Of a stretch of DNA of 64,000 nt, positions 60,143 through 64,000 are shown one piece after another. Location of the stretch: contig CAVWHL010000017.1 of assembly GCA_963754855.1 (NCBI GenBank), positions 26,075 through 90,074 on the forward strand, written 5' to 3'. A program made the position numbers and the translations under genes. Origin of the DNA: an uncultured Acidobacteriota bacterium. GTDB lineage: Bacteria; Acidobacteriota; Terriglobia; Acidiferrales; UBA7541. The notes beneath the pieces were generated by a model, which was not told the origin of the DNA, ran no database searches, and saw nothing but the letters and a program-made list of their open reading frames with translations. Position 1 is the first letter of the stretch; the number at the start of each line of letters is the position of its first letter.

Positions 60143-61423
60143 ATGAACACAGAGACACTCCGAGAGCCACAACAGAAGACGGCAGTGCGTCCCATCCGGG
60201 TACTGCACGTTCTGGATCACGGCTGGCCCGTGCACACGGGATATAGCATTCGAAGCCTTCACCTGATTGCGGCACAGAGACACCTCGGACTTCTGCCGCA
60301 AGTCCTGACTGGCCCGCTTCAATTCGTGGATGATCCGCAAGCTACTGACGCCACTGTGGATGGTGTCGCGTACTGGCGAACGCCCTGCGGCGATGGATTA
60401 TCGAAACAGGCCATTCAGCGCCGCTGGCCGGGAGTGCGAGAGGCCGCGGTTGTCCGGCTCATTCGTCAGGGGATTCTTCGATTGCTGGAGCGTGAGCCGT
60501 TCGACATCATCCACGCACATTCTCCCGCGCTCTGCGGGCTGGGGGCGTTGCAGGCAGCTCGTTCGAAGGGATTGCCATTTGTCTACGAGCTCCGCGCGTT
60601 CTGGGAAGACGCAGCCGTGGACCAGAACAAGACCAGCGTTCGCGCGCTCCGATATAGGCTGAGCCGCAAATTGGAAGATTATGTTGTACATCGTGCTCAG
60701 GCGGTTGTCGGAATTTCCCGGTCCATTCTGGACGAGCTCAAAGCAAGAAAAGCGGATCCCGCAAAACTCTTTTATGTTCCGAACGGAGTCGATTCAGAGA
60801 AGTTTACTCCCACTGCGCGGGACGAAAAGCTGGCGGCAGAGCTAGGCTTGGGCCAGGAGCCTGTTCTCGGCTTCATTGGCTCGCTCTACCGGTGGGAGGG
60901 AGTTGCCTGGATGGTACGGGCCGTTGCGGAACTCCGCCGTCGCGGCACGCCCTGCAAATTGCTGGTGGTCGGCGACGGCGAAGAAATGCCCGCGATCCGC
61001 GAGGCAGTCCGTGAACTGAACGCTGGCAGCTTCGTTCTTCTGACGGGAAGGGTCCCTCATGATGATGTGGAGCGCTACTACAGCGTAATGGATGTGCTGG
61101 TCTATCCGAGGCACAGCATACGGTTGACGGAGCTGGTCACACCGCTAAAACCACTCGAGGCAATGGCCTTGGGGAAAGCCGTTCTGGGCAGCAACGTTGG
61201 AGGCATTCGCGAGCTGGTAGAACCGGAGAAGACCGGTCTCTTGTATCGTGCGGATAATCTTGACGATTTCTGCTTGCAGGCTCAGCGGTTGCTCACGGAG
61301 GAGCAATTGCGGCGCAGACTGGGGGTGCAGGCGCGTGAAGTTATTCTGCGCGAAAGGGAGTGGAAAGTCCTGGCTCAACGATATATCGCTGTTTACGATG
61401 CCGCATTCCAAAATTTAAAATGA
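60143..61423 (+). CDS. GT4 glycosyltransferase (XrtA-locus type)
   Basis: HVLDH.WP.HTGY, YELRAFWED and ELVTPLKPLEAM motifs. Confidence 0.92.
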   Translation: MNTETLREPQQKTAVRPIRVLHVLDHGWPVHTGYSIRSLHLIAAQRHLGLLPQVLTGPLQFVDDPQATDATVDGVAYWRTPCGDGLSKQAIQRRWPGVREAAVVRLIRQGILRLLEREPFDIIHAHSPALCGLGALQAARSKGLPFVYELRAFWEDAAVDQNKTSVRALRYRLSRKLEDYVVHRAQAVVGISRSILDELKARKADPAKLFYVPNGVDSEKFTPTARDEKLAAELGLGQEPVLGFIGSLYRWEGVAWMVRAVAELRRRGTPCKLLVVGDGEEMPAIREAVRELNAGSFVLLTGRVPHDDVERYYSVMDVLVYPRHSIRLTELVTPLKPLEAMALGKAVLGSNVGGIRELVEPEKTGLLYRADNLDDFCLQAQRLLTEEQLRRRLGVQAREVILREREWKVLAQRYIAVYDAAFQNLK

Positions 61424-61558
61424 CGGTAGCTCATTTCCCAAAGCCGTGAAGACGCTGGCGCTTTTGGGCTGCGTCACTCGAGAGGGAGCGCGCCGTAAGT
61501 TCATTTGTGGTTCCATCGTCCTTCGCCCTTTCTAGATTTGAATCGCACATTTTTCTCA

Positions 61559-62188
61559 ATGGCCTGGCATATGCTCAAGTCGATTTACAACTGGCTGGTG
61601 AATGCGGATCCACCCTGCGATGCCGATTTGATCTTTGTGCTCGCTGGGCGGCAAAACCGCAAGGCCTACTCGATTGACCTTTTTCGGAAAGGAAGGGCGC
61701 CACGCATTCTCTTCAGTGTTGGCAGGTTCGAGATTCGGCGTTTTGCGGCCCTGGACCTGCCCCAGACGATTGATCTTCTGGAAATTGCGAAAAGCATCCC
61801 GCCGCCCCAACGGCATTTTTTTGTTCAATTCACGAATGACGGATTTGAAGTGCAACGCATTCCTGTGAGGGCCTTGGGTACGTTGACAGAAATCGATGCC
61901 TTGTCGCGCTGGCTTGAATCCCATCCGGAAATTTCTTCCCTGCTTGTCGTGAGCAGCGAAACGCACTTGCGGAGGCTGCGAATTTGTTGCCGTTGGCTGC
62001 TTTCACGAAGCGTCAGAATTCGCCTGCTGGCCGTGCCGGAGGACGATCTGCGGCTCAATACTTTGAGTTGGTGGAGAGACTCGCAACAATGGAAACTAGT
62101 CTTGACCGAATATGTCAAGATCGCTTGTTATTGTGTGGTCCTGCCGCTTTGGAGACTGATCGAGCAGCCGGTTTCCAAATTAGATTAG
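61559..62188 (+). CDS. YdcF/DUF218-like protein
   Basis: ADLIFVLAG, T..E, VVSS..HLRR and EYVKI motifs. Confidence 0.72.
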   Translation: MAWHMLKSIYNWLVNADPPCDADLIFVLAGRQNRKAYSIDLFRKGRAPRILFSVGRFEIRRFAALDLPQTIDLLEIAKSIPPPQRHFFVQFTNDGFEVQRIPVRALGTLTEIDALSRWLESHPEISSLLVVSSETHLRRLRICCRWLLSRSVRIRLLAVPEDDLRLNTLSWWRDSQQWKLVLTEYVKIACYCVVLPLWRLIEQPVSKLD

Positions 62189-62252
62189 GCTCTGACTTCC
62201 TCAAAGGCGCACGCGGTTGGCTCGCTTCGCAAAAAAAAGATTCTCCGCATCG

Positions 62253-63464
62253 CTAGATTCTTGACCGCAAGAACGCTTCGACTTCCGCCGCCACGGCACC
62301 CCAGTTCCGCGTGCTTCCGAGTTGTGCTACCTGCGAGCGGTTCCATACTTGGTTCAAAGATTGCTCCAGCCCGGCGGCAACGGAAGAGACATCTCGCTCG
62401 ACGAGAGTCCCCAGTTTCGGGGAATTGATGATCTCGGGAATTCCTCCCACGCGCGTGGCCAAAACAGGGGTGCCGCAGGCTAGAGATTCGGAAACAACAT
62501 TGGGCCAACCCTCCCGCGAACTGACCAGGCAGCTGACGTCTGCCGCGCTAAACCAAAGAGCCAGCTCTTCGTTTGGCCGGTTGCCCGTCAGAAAAACCAG
62601 GTCCTGCAATCCCTTTTCTCGAATCAGTCCTTCGAGGCTGGAGCGGTATATTCCTTCGCCGAGGACATAAAGACGGAGATCCGGAAATTTATGAGCGAGC
62701 GCCGCAACAGCGGAGATCAGCAGGTGATGCCCTTTCGATTCGATGAGTGAACCGACGGAGATGATCATCCGCCCTTCCTCGGAAAGGCCCAGTTGCCTGC
62801 GCGACGCTCTGGCGTCCAACGGCCGGAAGCGCTCCACGTCAACTCCGTTGGAGATCACCTGAATTCCGGTCTGGGGCACGCCCAACGCCACCATTTTGTT
62901 CTTCAGTTCCGTCGAGACAGCGATCGCTCCCGCGGCTTGCCTCAGTGTCCAGGTAATCATCGGGCGAATGAAACGAAAAGAAGGGTAGACGTTGATGTCG
63001 GTGCCGCGGGCAGAAACAATCACGGGAAGACCAAGGGATTTTCCCAACAGCACAGCAGCAAATCCATCGGGATAAATAAAGTGAGCGTCGATGCAATCAA
63101 ATTTTGTCTCTCTATGCAGGCGCCGTGCCAGGGGCAAGCATCCGAGAAACATCAGTAATCCATGCACGGGCAGGCTGATTCCCGTTACCAGCGGATAGCG
63201 CGGATGGTGAACTGGAACGCCGTCAATTTCTTCCCGCCGGGGAACCTGTCCCAGGTTCTGCCACCGCGTCGCATGCAACCAAGATGGAAAATATGGGATT
63301 GGCGCGACTACCTGGACGAGCGATTCAGGGCGGCGGGCAAGGTGCAACACGCGCTGATGAATGAAGATTCCTTGAAGAGGCTTAACCTTGTTCGGATACA
63401 GACTTGTGAATGTCAGGACTCGCAAGCGCAATCCAGTTAGCAGAAATTGTTCCGACTTTGACAA
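62253..63464 (-). CDS. GT4 glycosyltransferase (TuaC-like)
   Basis: IDAHFIYPDG, ARGTDIN and EGWPNVVSESLACG motifs. Confidence 0.92.
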   Translation of the reverse strand: MSKSEQFLLTGLRLRVLTFTSLYPNKVKPLQGIFIHQRVLHLARRPESLVQVVAPIPYFPSWLHATRWQNLGQVPRREEIDGVPVHHPRYPLVTGISLPVHGLLMFLGCLPLARRLHRETKFDCIDAHFIYPDGFAAVLLGKSLGLPVIVSARGTDINVYPSFRFIRPMITWTLRQAAGAIAVSTELKNKMVALGVPQTGIQVISNGVDVERFRPLDARASRRQLGLSEEGRMIISVGSLIESKGHHLLISAVAALAHKFPDLRLYVLGEGIYRSSLEGLIREKGLQDLVFLTGNRPNEELALWFSAADVSCLVSSREGWPNVVSESLACGTPVLATRVGGIPEIINSPKLGTLVERDVSSVAAGLEQSLNQVWNRSQVAQLGSTRNWGAVAAEVEAFLRSRI

Positions 63465-63554
63465 TCAAATCCGGGCGCACGGCTGCTCTCCTTTTCGGCG
63501 AGCACCAGGATCAAACCCGCATTCCGGACCGTACCGGCGAGACTAACATATCAG

Positions 63555-63780
63555 GGCAAAGCCTCAGCCATGTCGTTGAGGTGGTTGCTGTTTGGTGAAT
63601 CCTTGCCTCTTATCCGTGAGAACAGTGAGGAAACTGTCTTCCAGAGTTCTTCTGGTTCCGAGAGAAGGTTAGGGGACCTATACCGTTTAGCGACTCTTGA
63701 AACAGTCTGATAAAATCTGTGGATACAATAACTTATATAAGGTACAGAGTCACCGAGCAGCCGTTGGCAGGTGAATTGCT
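63555..63780. promoter_or_regulatory. Divergent sigma54 promoter pair sharing a central enhancer palindrome
   Basis: Minus TGGCTGAGGCTTTGCC (63555-63570); GAGGAAACTGTCTTCCAG (63627-63644); IHF-like tract at 63711-63735; plus TGGCAGGTGAATTGCT (63765-63780). Confidence 0.72.
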
Positions 63781-63867
63781 GCCTTACATGAGATAGAGAA
63801 TTACGATGGAACTGCCGTCCGTGCCAGAGGAGCCCGGCCAGGTGTTTGCCAAGAAATTGTATCGCCG

Positions 63868-64000
63868 ATGAGAAACGCGCTCACCATTGATCTCGAGGAC
63901 TACTTCCACGTTAGCGCTTACGCCGGACGCGTGCGGAGAGATGATTGGGACACGTATCCAAGCAGGGTGGCCCAGAACACGGATCGGTTGTTGGAACTTC
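63868..64000 (+). CDS. XrtA-type polysaccharide deacetylase (DUF3473), N-terminal part
   Basis: Manual translation: MRNALTIDLEDYFHVSAYAGRVRRDDWDTYPSRVAQNTDRLLEL. Confidence 0.88.
   Translation, partial: MRNALTIDLEDYFHVSAYAGRVRRDDWDTYPSRVAQNTDRLLEL

Noticed and set aside
1-64000. tRNA, rRNA, integrase or transposase genes
   Set aside because: None was recognisable by eye; a tRNAscan/Infernal/HMM scan would be needed to exclude small or divergent ones.

Overview
GC-rich bacterial chromosomal window. Gene content and intergenic repeat style suggest Acidobacteriota (inference). Bases 1-12.7 kb are a housekeeping neighbourhood: CCA-adding enzyme, PP2C phosphatase, dinB, prmC-prfA, a Rieske oxygenase, a tandem-domain thyX and rpmE. 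It is peppered with REP-like palindromes and short-period repeats, and includes a ~1 kb islet bounded by a duplicated thyX 3' end and a Cys/His protein with a hairpin tandem repeat. Bases 12.9-20.4 kb are a c-di-GMP/sigma54 signalling cluster: GGDEF-PilZ, two stand-alone PilZ proteins, a soluble histidine kinase, two sigma54 activators and a CBS protein. Bases 20.5-30.8 kb encode three modular surface lipoproteins with shuffled Ig/TIG/FN3 stalks and different glycan-active heads, plus a secreted paralogue of one head. Bases 30.9-64 kb are a large Wzy-type exopolysaccharide locus resembling exosortase-A (XrtA)-associated clusters, with a divergent ACP/acyl-ligase/PLP-decarboxylase/3xGNAT modification operon. 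The main hidden structure is a repeated cis-regulatory architecture: a GGAAA-N4-(T/C)TTCC palindrome, a ~25-bp TAA..TTA IHF-like site and a sigma54 GG-N10-GC promoter. Some or all of these elements precede most transcription units from 14 to 64 kb, defining a putative sigma54/c-di-GMP surface-polysaccharide regulon. Two genes (thyX and a GT4) carry single-base frameshifts that may be sequencing errors. All family assignments come from motif recognition by eye, not database searches.
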